DNA from: a bacterium
GTDB lineage: Bacteria > Cyanobacteriota > Vampirovibrionia > Gastranaerophilales > JBAXKC01
DNA: 64,000 bases
Direction of reading: 5' to 3'
Assembly: GCA_037137535.1 (NCBI GenBank)
Contig: JBAXKC010000003.1
Location: 59,387-123,386 of the forward strand
Part shown: positions 38,407 to 48,733 of the stretch, in pieces
Layout of the letters: every line of letters starts with the position of its first letter
How positions within the stretch are numbered: position 1 is the first letter of the stretch
Notes under the pieces: generated by a model
What the model was told of the DNA's origin: nothing
The model's database searches: none
Seen by the model: the letters and a program-made list of their open reading frames with translations, nothing else
Made by a program: the position numbers and the translations under genes

Positions 38407-40255
38407 AATTAAAGATTTGATACTTAAAAAAGAACTAAGGCATCTTTTTTATGTGCTTTTTACCTCAATAATGATTTTTTTCTTGTTTACACTTGGTCAA
38501 TTAACTCAGGTAAATAAATTTTTAGAATCTATTGAGTTAAAAACTCTTGATTTTAGATTTGCTATTCCAAATAAAAAAATGGCGACTAATCCAAAAATAG
38601 TTATTTTAACTATTGATGATAACAGCCTTGAATTTTTAGAAGAAGAATTTGGCAGATGGCCATGGAGTAGAAATGTTTACACTAAAATGATTGACTATCT
38701 TGAACAGGATAAGGTTGGTCAGGTAATCTTTGATTTAATGTTTCTTGGTTATCAAAAAGGGCTTGAAAATAAAGATATAGAGCTTGCTAAAACTATGGGT
38801 AATTACCATAATATTTATACTTCAATGAATTTTGATTCAAGAATGGATAAAATAGCTCCTCCTTTACCGTCTTATATGAAAATTAATGTGGAAAATAAAT
38901 CTTCAAATATTAATCTTTCTGATTTGGAATATTCTAATGTAAGACTTATTTTGCCTGAAATCATTAAATATAATAAAAATATCGGAATGATTAATCTTTC
39001 CCGAGATGTTGACGGCATAAGTAGAAGATGTCCAATATTTTTAAAATATAATAATACCTTTTATCCGTATTTAGCTTTTAAAGCTGCTATAGATAATATT
39101 AAGCAAAATGAAAATATAAAAATTAATAAATTTATAATTGATAAAAATAACGATGTTTTAATAGGAAGTAAAAAGATTCACCTTGATAAAGACGGTAAAA
39201 TGATAATCAATTGGTATGGGGCTAACCATTCTTTTGAATATATTCCTTTTTATAAGATCATAAAATCTATTAATAATATAAAAGCAGGAAAGCCTCCTGT
39301 TATTCAGCCCGGTTATTTTAAGGATAAAGTTGTGTTTGTAGGTGTTACTGCTACTTCTTTATTTGATATAAAATCAACACCTTTAAGTAATATTTATCCG
39401 GGGGTAGAAGTGCAGGCAACTGTTTATAATAATATTCTCGATAGAAATTCTGTAAGGAAATTTGGAGATTTAAGTAATTTATTAATTTGTATGGTTCTTG
39501 GAGTCTTAACCTCTTTGATCGTTATTAGAATACGTTCTTCCTTCTTTTCCTCTTTCGCTACTATTATGCTTGCGTTAATTTATATTGGTTTTGCCTCATA
39601 TCTATTAAGGTATCATTTTATCTGGATTGGCATGATTAATCAGATAATTATTATGACTTTAACCTTTACATCTATGTTTATTATTAAATATTTATTGAAA
39701 TCACGAGATTTTGAATATACTTATAAACTTGCTACAACTGATGGGCTTACCGGGCTCCATAATCATAGGTTTTTTCAGGAGCATATGGTAAATAGCCTTG
39801 ATAGAGGAAAAAGATACAAATCAAGTTTCTCTCTATTACTTGTAGATATTGATTTCTTCAAGAAATTTAATGATACATACGGACATCAGGCAGGTGATGC
39901 GGTTTTAAGACAAGTTGCAGATACTTTAAAGAAAATGGTGAGAGCTTCTGATCTTGTTGCCCGTTATGGCGGAGAAGAAATGACTATTGTTCTTGATAAT
40001 ACAAATATTAATGAGGCTATGCTTATAGCGGATAAAATATGCAAACAGGTTGCCTTTAAGCCCTATAGGTTATCAGAGGGGATTGAACGGCATGTTACCA
40101 TTAGTATCGGTGTTTCAACATATCCTTTTCACGGTGAAACTTCTGCTGAACTTATTGAATATGCGGATAGAGGTTTATATAGAGCAAAGGAAAATGGTCG
40201 AAATCAGGTCGGCTCATTAGAAGAAGATGATGAAATATTAATCGAAGATAAATAA
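38399..40255 (+). CDS. CHASE2 sensor domain diguanylate cyclase (GGDEF)
   Basis: N-terminal TM segment, a periplasmic CHASE2-like region, 3 TM segments, then a GGDEF domain (DGLTGLHNHR, active site RYGGEEM, I-site RASD five residues upstream). Confidence 0.85.
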   Translation: MDKIKDLILKKELRHLFYVLFTSIMIFFLFTLGQLTQVNKFLESIELKTLDFRFAIPNKKMATNPKIVILTIDDNSLEFLEEEFGRWPWSRNVYTKMIDYLEQDKVGQVIFDLMFLGYQKGLENKDIELAKTMGNYHNIYTSMNFDSRMDKIAPPLPSYMKINVENKSSNINLSDLEYSNVRLILPEIIKYNKNIGMINLSRDVDGISRRCPIFLKYNNTFYPYLAFKAAIDNIKQNENIKINKFIIDKNNDVLIGSKKIHLDKDGKMIINWYGANHSFEYIPFYKIIKSINNIKAGKPPVIQPGYFKDKVVFVGVTATSLFDIKSTPLSNIYPGVEVQATVYNNILDRNSVRKFGDLSNLLICMVLGVLTSLIVIRIRSSFFSSFATIMLALIYIGFASYLLRYHFIWIGMINQIIIMTLTFTSMFIIKYLLKSRDFEYTYKLATTDGLTGLHNHRFFQEHMVNSLDRGKRYKSSFSLLLVDIDFFKKFNDTYGHQAGDAVLRQVADTLKKMVRASDLVARYGGEEMTIVLDNTNINEAMLIADKICKQVAFKPYRLSEGIERHVTISIGVSTYPFHGETSAELIEYADRGLYRAKENGRNQVGSLEEDDEILIEDK

Positions 40256-40260
40256 ATCCT

Positions 40261-40293
40261 AAAAGGTTGTAGTGTTTTACCGCAACCTTTTTT
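40261..40293 (+). terminator. possible terminator after the GGDEF gene
   Basis: AAAAGGTTG...CAACCTTTTTT short stem plus T-run. Confidence 0.45.
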
Positions 40294-40535
40294 GTTTGAC
40301 TATACTTATCCAGCAAAATAATTTTTGCGAAAAGAGGCAAATCGCTCGATTAGTGTGTTTTTTTAAGTAATTATTAAAAAATACGTTGGACTGGTATATA
40401 CAAAAAATGCAATATAGTGTAAAATAAACACTAATAATTGGCTTTATATTAACTACTTGTGTCTAATTGTGTTTGATTTGTTTTTTTTATACCGTCATTT
40501 ATTGAACGGGATAAATAAGAAAAAGGTATAAATAT

Positions 40536-41486
40536 ATGAGTATAATAGAAAAAAATATGAATATAAAAGAAGATGTAACTGCTTTAGTGGGTAATACCCC
40601 TATGGTTTATTTAAAAAGGCTGACTAAAAATTGTGTGGCAAAAGTTGCTGCTAAGTTGGAATGTTTTAATCCTGCAAATTCTGTTAAAGATCGTATTGGT
40701 TTTAATATGATTGAATTTGCTGAAAAAGAAGGAAAAATTCAACCGGGTTTAAGCACTCTTATTGAGCCTACAAGCGGAAATACAGGAATAGGCCTTGCTT
40801 TTGTAAGTGCAGTAAAGGGTTATAAGCTTATTTTGACAATGCCTGAAACAATGAGTATAGAAAGAAGAATGCTTTTAAAGGCTTATGGTGCTGAATTAGT
40901 TTTAACTCCCGGTGAATTAGGAATGAGAGGGGCTATTGAAAAAGCATTAGAGTTAGCAAAAGGTATTGAAAATTCTTATATTTTTCAGCAATTTGAAAAT
41001 CCCTCTAATCCTGAAATGCATTCAAAAACAACAGCTGAAGAAATATGGAAAGATACTGATGGAAAGATAGATATTTTTGTTGCGGGAATAGGAACAGGCG
41101 GAACTATTTCGGGTGTTGGGCGAGTATTGAAGCAAAGAAACCCTAATATTAAGATAATAGGTGTAGAGCCTGAATCTAGTCCTGTTATCACTCAGGGAAA
41201 AGCAGGTGCGCATAAAATTCAAGGCATAGGAGCAGGCTTTGTTCCTAAGAACCTAGATATGTCAATAGTTGATGAGATTATTACAGTTTCTGATAATGAT
41301 GCGATTGAAACCGCTCGCAGACTTGCAAAGGAAGAAGGGCTTCTTTCGGGTATTTCCTGTGGAGCTGCTGCTTTTGCGGCTGTCAAAGTAGCTGAAAGAG
41401 CTGAAAATAAAGATAAATTATTAGTAACAGTATTGCCTGATTTTGGAGAAAGATACTTGAGTACTGTTCTATTTCAGGATGTTTAA
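40536..41486 (+). CDS. cysK: cysteine synthase A (O-acetylserine sulfhydrylase)
   Basis: PLP-lysine context [11 protein letters not shown], and [20 protein letters not shown]. Confidence 0.95.
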   Translation: MSIIEKNMNIKEDVTALVGNTPMVYLKRLTKNCVAKVAAKLECFNPANSVKDRIGFNMIEFAEKEGKIQPGLSTLIEPTSGNTGIGLAFVSAVKGYKLILTMPETMSIERRMLLKAYGAELVLTPGELGMRGAIEKALELAKGIENSYIFQQFENPSNPEMHSKTTAEEIWKDTDGKIDIFVAGIGTGGTISGVGRVLKQRNPNIKIIGVEPESSPVITQGKAGAHKIQGIGAGFVPKNLDMSIVDEIITVSDNDAIETARRLAKEEGLLSGISCGAAAFAAVKVAERAENKDKLLVTVLPDFGERYLSTVLFQDV

Positions 41487-41528
41487 AAACAACGTACGTG
41501 ATAAATATAAAATCAAGGAATGTTAGAC

Positions 41529-42209
41529 ATGTTTTTGTCAACGATTAAAGAGGACATCAAAACAATATATGAGAAAGACCCTGCGGCTGTAAATCTTTTT
41601 GAGGTGTTATGCTGTTATCCGGGGTTACATGCTTTATTTTTACATAGAATTGCTCATAAGTTATATGTATGGAGAGTTCCCGCTATTCCCCGAATGATTT
41701 CAAATATTTCAAGATTTATTACGGGTATTGAAATTCATCCAGGGGCGAGAATAGGTAAAAGATTCTTTATAGATCATGGTATGGGAGTTGTAATCGGTGA
41801 AACAGCTATAATCGGTAATGATGTACTTCTTTATCAAGGTGTAACTCTTGGAGGGACAGGCAAAGAGCATGGGAAACGTCATCCTACTTTAAAAGATAAT
41901 ATAGTTGTAGGTTCGGGGGCGAAAGTTTTGGGAAATATAACATTAGGAAATAACGTAAGAGTAGGTGCAGGTTCCGTAGTAATTACTGATGTGCCTGATG
42001 ATTCTACGGTAGTTGGAATACCGGGGCGAATAATATCGCAAAAAGGAGTTAAAATGACTCCTCTTCATCATGAAGATATGCCGGATCCGATAAAAGATGC
42101 AATTAACAATCTTACGGATGAAATAAAAGAGTTTAAGGGCTTTATTAAAACTGAAATAGCAATTTGTCCTTATAAAAAAGAAGAGTTTAAAGACGGTGGA
42201 GGTATTTAA
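41529..42209 (+). CDS. cysE: serine O-acetyltransferase
   Basis: N-terminal SATase helix region (KEDIKTIYEKDPAA) and hexapeptide repeats (GIEIHPGARIG..IDHGMGVVIGETA). The ATG at 41529 aligns with typical CysE N-termini. The track start is 41520. Confidence 0.92.
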   Translation: MFLSTIKEDIKTIYEKDPAAVNLFEVLCCYPGLHALFLHRIAHKLYVWRVPAIPRMISNISRFITGIEIHPGARIGKRFFIDHGMGVVIGETAIIGNDVLLYQGVTLGGTGKEHGKRHPTLKDNIVVGSGAKVLGNITLGNNVRVGAGSVVITDVPDDSTVVGIPGRIISQKGVKMTPLHHEDMPDPIKDAINNLTDEIKEFKGFIKTEIAICPYKKEEFKDGGGI

Positions 42210-42224
42210 TACCTCCTTTTGATT
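42198..42224 (+). terminator. rho-independent terminator of cysE
   Basis: GGAGGTATT-TAA-TACCTCC hairpin with the stop codon in the loop, followed by TTTTGATTTTT. Confidence 0.7.
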
Positions 42225-42506
42225 TTTAAATTCTATTCAGATTTGAAGGAATAATTAATTTTTGTAAAAGATACACTTAATAGTATTGTAAGTGTATATT
42301 AAACACGTATAATTTAACGTTAAGAAGAGAAATATGAGCTGGGTCTTATCTTAAAGAAAAATTTGATTTTTCTTTAGTGCTTTATTTTGAGAGATTAAAC
42401 AAGCTTAAATAAAAGCATAGAGTTTCATAAAAGTAGCCTTCTTAACACAGAAGGTTTTTTAATACTTTTAGTGAGTTATTGTAAAAATTAGGAAGCGAGG
42501 CAGGGA

Positions 42507-43232
42507 ATGTTGAACACAGTTAATCATGGTCTTATGGCAAGATCACAAAACAGAACAGCAGTAGCAACAAGACAAACAGTACCGGCATTTAAAGGTGGAA
42601 TAGAAAAAGTTGCAGTTCAAGCAGCAGATGGGTTTGTAACAAAGGCAGCTGCCGAACTTGGGGAGATTAAATTCGTAGATAGAGCAAGAAAAGCTCTAAT
42701 GGCTGGAGAACCAGGCAGAGCATCGATTCTCTATAAAAAAGCAATACCACAAGTTGTTAAAAAATTTCAAAATGAAGCTGAAAAAGTTGCTTTATTTTTT
42801 ACAGAAGTTTCACAAGCATTATTTAGCGGAGCAGGAAAACTTCTTGATGAGTCAACTCAATTAGCAAAAGGTTCAACCGAGTTAGCTAATCGTGCAGTTG
42901 TTATTGCTGAAAATAAAGGTGATGATGTTGCTAAAGCTGGAACAAAAGTTATTAAAGAACTTACAGAGAAAAATGCTGATCAAGTTTGCCATTCTTTAAT
43001 TGGTACACCTGAAGCACAACAAGAATTTGCTCAAGGTATCATTAAAAGTGCAGCACCAAAAATTATTGAACAAAATGAGCTTTATCAGCTTAAAGTAGCA
43101 AGTGATGCAGCAAAAAATAAAGCTGAGCTTGAAGCTCTTCAAGTTCAAATGAAGTTAGAGCAAATGAAACAAATGATGCAACCTGAAAAACCACATGGTG
43201 AATTTGGTTTTAACATAGCAGACGCAAAGTAA
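42507..43232 (+). CDS. hypothetical alpha-helical protein (orphan, no signal peptide)
   Basis: 241-aa Ala/Lys/Glu-rich ORF with its own terminator and a 297-bp leader region. No family recognised. Confidence 0.6.
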   Translation: MLNTVNHGLMARSQNRTAVATRQTVPAFKGGIEKVAVQAADGFVTKAAAELGEIKFVDRARKALMAGEPGRASILYKKAIPQVVKKFQNEAEKVALFFTEVSQALFSGAGKLLDESTQLAKGSTELANRAVVIAENKGDDVAKAGTKVIKELTEKNADQVCHSLIGTPEAQQEFAQGIIKSAAPKIIEQNELYQLKVASDAAKNKAELEALQVQMKLEQMKQMMQPEKPHGEFGFNIADAK

Positions 43233-43248
43233 TATTAATATGAATCTT

Positions 43249-43278
43249 AAAAATCCCTCTAAAAAAGAGGGATTTTTT
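43249..43278 (+). terminator. rho-independent terminator
   Basis: AAAATCCCTCT-AAAAA-AGAGGGATTTTTT. Confidence 0.85.
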
Positions 43279-43338
43279 GTATGTAAAAATTTAGCTGATA
43301 AAATTATAAATATAAATATATAAAAAGGAGCTTTAAGA

Positions 43339-44634
43339 ATGATAGAACGATATACAAGAAAAGAAATGGGTTATATCTGGACGCAGGAAAGTAAATTTCA
43401 GGCTATGCTTGATGTTGAGCTTGCTGTTTGTAGAGCTCATAATAAATTGGGTAATATCCCAGATCAGGATTTGAAAAATATTGAAGAAAAAGCAAAATTT
43501 GACTTAGATAGAATTTTAGAAATTGAAGAAGAAGTAAAACACGATATAATAGCTTTCGTTACTAACTTAAATGAGAATATAGGCGAATCTTCAAGGTTCG
43601 TTCATATGGGTATAACAAGTTCTGATGCAATAGATACAGGGCTTGCCGTTCAGTTAAAGCATGCAAATGAATTAATTAAAAAAGATATTATAGAAGTAAT
43701 TGACGCTCTTAGAGAAAAAGCAAAAGAACATAAAGAAACTATCACAATCGGAAGATCTCACGGCATTCATGCAGAGCCTACTACTTTTGGGGCAAAACTT
43801 TGCGTTTGGCTTGATATTATGGAGAGAAACCTCGAGAGATTTAATAATGTTGCTGAAGAGATTAGCGTTGGACAAATAAGCGGACCAGTCGGAACTTTTA
43901 GCAATATTGAACCTCAAATTGAAGAGCTTGTGTGTGAAGAGTTAGGATTAAAACCTGCAAAAGTTTCTACTCAAGTCATTCAGAGAGATTTACATGCTCA
44001 TTATCATCAGATATTGGCACTTATTGCTTCTACAATAGAACAATTCTCTGTAGAATTAAGACATCTTCAACGTACAGAAGTTCTTGAGGTTGAAGAAGGA
44101 TTTGCCAAAGGTCAAAAAGGTTCATCAGCTATGCCTCATAAAAAGAATCCTATAAGTGGGGAAAATTTAACAGGACTTGCCAGACTTGTAAGATCAAATT
44201 CTTTTGCCGCTCTTGAGAATATTCCGTTATGGCATGAAAGAGATATAAGCCATAGCTCTGTAGAAAGAGTAATATTCCCCGATAGTACTATCCTAATTGA
44301 CTATATGCTTAATAGATTTAAAGGTGTTATAAATAATCTTGTTGTTTACCCTGAAAATATGCTTAAAAATACCCGACTTTTCGGTGGTGTTATTTATTCA
44401 CAAAGAGTTCTGCTTAAATTAACAGATAAAGGACTGTCAAGAGAAGAAGCTTATAAACTTGTTCAAGAAAATGCTCATAAAGCTTGGAATAAAGAAAATG
44501 GCAATTTTAAAAACAATCTTCTCTCTGATCCAAATGTAACAAAGGTTTTAAGTGAAATTGAAATTGATGAATGTTTTGATCCGCAATATTATTTAAGAAA
44601 CATAAACCATATTTATAAACGAATGGGAGTTTAA
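43339..44634 (+). CDS. purB: adenylosuccinate lyase
   Basis: Fumarate-lyase signature GSSAMPHKKNP. The 431-aa length is typical of PurB. Confidence 0.95.
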   Translation: MIERYTRKEMGYIWTQESKFQAMLDVELAVCRAHNKLGNIPDQDLKNIEEKAKFDLDRILEIEEEVKHDIIAFVTNLNENIGESSRFVHMGITSSDAIDTGLAVQLKHANELIKKDIIEVIDALREKAKEHKETITIGRSHGIHAEPTTFGAKLCVWLDIMERNLERFNNVAEEISVGQISGPVGTFSNIEPQIEELVCEELGLKPAKVSTQVIQRDLHAHYHQILALIASTIEQFSVELRHLQRTEVLEVEEGFAKGQKGSSAMPHKKNPISGENLTGLARLVRSNSFAALENIPLWHERDISHSSVERVIFPDSTILIDYMLNRFKGVINNLVVYPENMLKNTRLFGGVIYSQRVLLKLTDKGLSREEAYKLVQENAHKAWNKENGNFKNNLLSDPNVTKVLSEIEIDECFDPQYYLRNINHIYKRMGV

Positions 44635-44635
44635 A

Positions 44636-47287
44636 ATGTATAAAAAGGATTTCTTTAAAGTTTTTATTACAACATTTGTTGTATGGCTTGCCTTTTCAAA
44701 TATATCATTTGCAAAAACAATTGATAAAGCAGGGATAAAAGTATTTAAACTTGCTAATGGTCAAACATTGGTTGTTAAAGAAGTCCATACAAATCCTATA
44801 GTTACTGTTGATACTTGGGTTAAAACAGGTTCAATCAATGAAAACGATAAAAATAACGGTGTTTCTCACTTTTTAGAACATTTGTTTTTTAAAGGGACAG
44901 AAAAACATATTGCAGGCGAAGCCGATAAAATCCTTGAAACAAAAGGAGCTGTTTATAATGCAGCAACAAGTAAGGATTTTACTCATTTTTATACGACAAT
45001 TCCAAGTAAATATTTGCAAGATGCAATGGATTTACAGTCTGATATGCTTTTAAATGCAACTTTTCCAAATGCAGAGCTTGATAAAGAAAGAAAAGTTGTT
45101 CAGGCAGAAATAAAAAGAGCCGATGATAATGCAGGTTCTATTGTTTTTAATAATTTGAATAACATTATTTTTAAACATCATCCGTATCGATATGAAACTC
45201 TTGGAACACCTCAAATAATTGGTTCTATTCCTAGACAAAGTATTCTTGATTATTATCATCGTTGGTATTTACCTCAAAATATGGTTACTATTGTGGTTGG
45301 TGATGTAGATACAAATAAAGTAAAAGCTCTTGTTGAAAAAGACTATGTTGAAAAGCATAAAAGAAAATTTTCAGGACAAATAAAATATCCTAGAGAACCT
45401 GAACTGACAAAACCTGAAAGTATTGTTAAAAAAGGCGATTACAACGTAGCATATCTTGAACTCGGATTTAAAGGAGTTCCTATTACCGACATAAAAGATA
45501 ATTATTCTTTGGATGTTTTAGCAACTATACTTGGAGATGGCGATAGTTCAAGACTTTATCAGTCGTTGAAAGAAAAAACAAATATTGTAACTTCAATAGA
45601 TGCAGGGCATATGTCGCTTAAAGATGACAGCGTTTTCTATATCAGCAGCGAGATGAAACCTGAAAATTATAAAAAAGCTAAAGAAGAAGTAATCAAGCAG
45701 ATAAATAAAGTAAGAGTAGATGGAATTACCGACGAGGAGCTTAATAGAGCGAAAAAACTTCTTGAAAGACAGTTTCTTTATAACTCTGAATCAGTTGAAG
45801 AAATAGCTAATACTATTGGTTATTGTATGACAATCAATAATAATCTTGATTGTTATACTGATTATACAGAACAAATTTCAAAATTAACAAAAGAAGATAT
45901 TAAAAAAGTAGCTGTTCAATATATTGATACTTCAAAAATGGCTGAATCTTTATTACTTCCACAAAATGCTAATATTGCCGATATAAAACCAAAAAAAGAA
46001 GCTTTTAAAAATACCGAAAAATATATTTTAAACAACGGTACTATTCTTATAGTTGATAAAAATGAATCAAATAAGACCATTGCTCTTAATGTGTTTTTCA
46101 AAGGCGGTAATTTAAACGAGCCAATACCCGGAATTAATAGCATAATTGCTTCGACTTTAATGAAAGGTACTGCTAACAGAAGTTCTTTGCAGATTGCAAA
46201 TGAGCTTGAAAATCTTGGTATAATTATTTCTCCAAGTGCTGATTCTGATTATTTTGAAATAAGCTTAAAATCAACTTACGAAGATTTTAATAAAGCTCTT
46301 GATATTCTTGCGGATATTATTAATCATCCTAAATTCACTCAAGAAGATATTCAGCAAGCAAAAACAGATATTATTGAAGCATATAAAGCGCAGCAGGATT
46401 CACCGTCTAAATTAGCTTTTGAGGGCTTTTTAAAGACAATTTATCCAAATCATCCTTATGGTTATGATAGCCAACTAATAATCAAAAATCTTCCAAATAT
46501 TACCAGAGAAAAGATATTAGCTTATTACAGCAAGACTTTTGTTCCTCAAAATATGATAATTTCTTCATCAGGAAATATTGATGGTGATAGTTTAAGTCAA
46601 AAAATAACTTCATATTTTCCTAAAGTTGAAGCCGCAAATGTTGTAACAGAATCTCAATTCGTTCATTCTTTCAGCCCTATTCCTAAAAATAAATTCACTC
46701 CTATTTATAAAGATGTGAATACCGCTTGGATTGTTTTAGGATGGAAAGCTCCGTCCGTAATGAATGAAAAAGAATATGCAAGTTTAAAGGTCATTAATTC
46801 AATATTGGGAAGCGGTTTAAGTTCAAGGCTATTTGTGGATTTAAGAGAAAAACAAGGTTTAGCTTATGAAATAGCAAGCGTTTACCCGACAAGAGCCGAT
46901 AACAGTTATTATGCAATGTATATGGGAACTCAGCCTGAAAGCATTAAAAAAGCCATAGATGGTTTTTTAAGCGAATCGGATAAACTAAAAAAATATGGTG
47001 TAACTCAAAAAGAGCTTGAAGATACAAAGCAAAGAATAACAGGACAATTTTTAATTGCAGAAGAAACCAATCAGGAAAAGTCGCATTATTTAGGTTGGTT
47101 TGAAGTGCTGGGCAAAGGATATCTTTTTAATTATAATTATCCTGCTATAATAAATGCTGTAACCATTGAAGATGTGAAAAATACGGCAAATAAATATCTT
47201 AGTGAGCCATATGCAATAACTGTAATAGCTCCTAAGAACAGTTTAGAGGCAGTGGAAAAGGAATACAATAGTGAAAGTAAGCGTTAA
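44636..47287 (+). CDS. M16 family zinc peptidase, fused double-unit (pitrilysin-like)
   Basis: Signal peptide. The first half carries the inverted zinc motif HFLEHLFFKG. The second half is M16-like but lacks HxxEH. Confidence 0.85.
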   Translation: MYKKDFFKVFITTFVVWLAFSNISFAKTIDKAGIKVFKLANGQTLVVKEVHTNPIVTVDTWVKTGSINENDKNNGVSHFLEHLFFKGTEKHIAGEADKILETKGAVYNAATSKDFTHFYTTIPSKYLQDAMDLQSDMLLNATFPNAELDKERKVVQAEIKRADDNAGSIVFNNLNNIIFKHHPYRYETLGTPQIIGSIPRQSILDYYHRWYLPQNMVTIVVGDVDTNKVKALVEKDYVEKHKRKFSGQIKYPREPELTKPESIVKKGDYNVAYLELGFKGVPITDIKDNYSLDVLATILGDGDSSRLYQSLKEKTNIVTSIDAGHMSLKDDSVFYISSEMKPENYKKAKEEVIKQINKVRVDGITDEELNRAKKLLERQFLYNSESVEEIANTIGYCMTINNNLDCYTDYTEQISKLTKEDIKKVAVQYIDTSKMAESLLLPQNANIADIKPKKEAFKNTEKYILNNGTILIVDKNESNKTIALNVFFKGGNLNEPIPGINSIIASTLMKGTANRSSLQIANELENLGIIISPSADSDYFEISLKSTYEDFNKALDILADIINHPKFTQEDIQQAKTDIIEAYKAQQDSPSKLAFEGFLKTIYPNHPYGYDSQLIIKNLPNITREKILAYYSKTFVPQNMIISSSGNIDGDSLSQKITSYFPKVEAANVVTESQFVHSFSPIPKNKFTPIYKDVNTAWIVLGWKAPSVMNEKEYASLKVINSILGSGLSSRLFVDLREKQGLAYEIASVYPTRADNSYYAMYMGTQPESIKKAIDGFLSESDKLKKYGVTQKELEDTKQRITGQFLIAEETNQEKSHYLGWFEVLGKGYLFNYNYPAIINAVTIEDVKNTANKYLSEPYAITVIAPKNSLEAVEKEYNSESKR

Positions 47288-48197
47288 AGTTCCTGCTACA
47301 AGTGCAAATATGGGGCCTGGGTTTGATTGTTTCGGCATAGCTCTTTCTATGTACAATACAGTTACATTGGAAGAAACCGTATATCCTACTAATGGACTTG
47401 AAATAAATATCTTAGGCGAACAAGATGAGGCTCTGTCTACATTTACAGTTCCTACGGATAAATCAAATATTGTATATAAAGCGGTAGAACTACTTTATAA
47501 CTATACAGGGCAGACTCCTCCTGCTTTAAGAATAAATATACAATCTAATATTCCTATTGCAAAAGGATTGGGAAGTAGTGCTTCTGTAATCGTGGGCGGT
47601 GTTTTAGCGGCAAATAAATTGCTTGGAAATCCTGCTGATCAAGAAGCGCTTTTATCTATTGCAAATGAAATTGAAGGACATCCTGATAATATTGCTCCTG
47701 CTATGCTTGGTGGCTTTGTTGTTTCAAGCGTAGAAGATGATAGCAGTATAATTCACAGAAAAATAGAATGGCCTGATAATTGGAAATTAATCATCGGTGT
47801 GCCTGATTATGAGCTTGCTACTCAAATTTCAAGATCAGTATTGCCTGAAAGTGTTAAATTTCAAGATGCGGTTTATAATGCAAAACGTTGCGCAATGTTT
47901 GTAGAGGCTCTTCATACAAAAGATAAAGAACTTATGAGAGTAGCTCTTCAAGATAAACTTCATCAGCCATATAGAGCAAGATTAGTTCCAGGATTAAATG
48001 AAATAACCGAAGAACTTAAACAAACAGATGCTATTGGTTGTGTTTTAAGTGGTGCAGGTCCAAGTATTCTTGTTATTGCTGAAAATAATGCAGTAGAAGA
48101 TGCAAAAATAAGAATAAAAGATGTTTGGGAAAGCATCGGTGTTAAGGCTATGATTAAAAGTATTGCAGTTGATACCAAAGGCGCAGTAATTATCTAG
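47271..48197 (+). CDS. thrB: homoserine kinase
   Basis: GHMP kinase motifs (PATSANMGPGFD, KGLGSSAS). The GTG start overlaps the M16 gene by 17 nt. Confidence 0.92.
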   Translation: MKVSVKVPATSANMGPGFDCFGIALSMYNTVTLEETVYPTNGLEINILGEQDEALSTFTVPTDKSNIVYKAVELLYNYTGQTPPALRINIQSNIPIAKGLGSSASVIVGGVLAANKLLGNPADQEALLSIANEIEGHPDNIAPAMLGGFVVSSVEDDSSIIHRKIEWPDNWKLIIGVPDYELATQISRSVLPESVKFQDAVYNAKRCAMFVEALHTKDKELMRVALQDKLHQPYRARLVPGLNEITEELKQTDAIGCVLSGAGPSILVIAENNAVEDAKIRIKDVWESIGVKAMIKSIAVDTKGAVII

Positions 48198-48258
48198 CAA
48201 TTTTTAATGCGTTTGGGTTTTATTTATATATAAATATTGTGAATCTTTGGAGTTTAAT

Positions 48259-48633
48259 ATGCAAATAGGTTTTAATAGTAGCCAGATAGAGCAAGCAGGG
48301 ACTGTTGCAAAAAGAGTAATAAAAGACAATCCTGTTATAAAACGTGGAGAAGCGGTTGTAAAACAACAGCTTGTAGCTCATAGCGGACAAATTGAATCAA
48401 GTTTGCCAAAAGTTTGTAAGCAAATACAAACTTTTGTTCAAGATTCTTTTAAATCTGTGAAAAAGTTTTTTGGAGATGTCTTTGAAGGAATAAAAAATCT
48501 TTTTACAGAAAGAGGAACGATTACAATAAATGGTAAAGTTATACATCCATCTTCAACCTCAGTAACAATAATAGAGAATGGTACCCCAATTCAAGTTGGA
48601 AAACACAATGTACAAGAAATAGTTATTAAGTAA
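48259..48633 (+). CDS. hypothetical small protein (orphan)
   Basis: The ATG at 48259 follows a GGAG SD, and the track's TTG at 48247 lies within that SD region. 124 aa with no signal peptide and its own terminator. Confidence 0.55.
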   Translation: MQIGFNSSQIEQAGTVAKRVIKDNPVIKRGEAVVKQQLVAHSGQIESSLPKVCKQIQTFVQDSFKSVKKFFGDVFEGIKNLFTERGTITINGKVIHPSSTSVTIIENGTPIQVGKHNVQEIVIK

Positions 48634-48672
48634 AAGATAAATAATTAATTAATACCAACAACATTCAAAATT

Positions 48673-48718
48673 AAAAATCCCAATATTCTTTTCTAAATTG
48701 AATATCGGGATTTTTTTT
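48673..48718 (+). terminator. rho-independent terminator
   Basis: AAAAATCCCAATATTC...GAATATCGGGATTTTTTTT. Confidence 0.8.
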
Positions 48719-48733
48719 GTAGCTTATATCACC

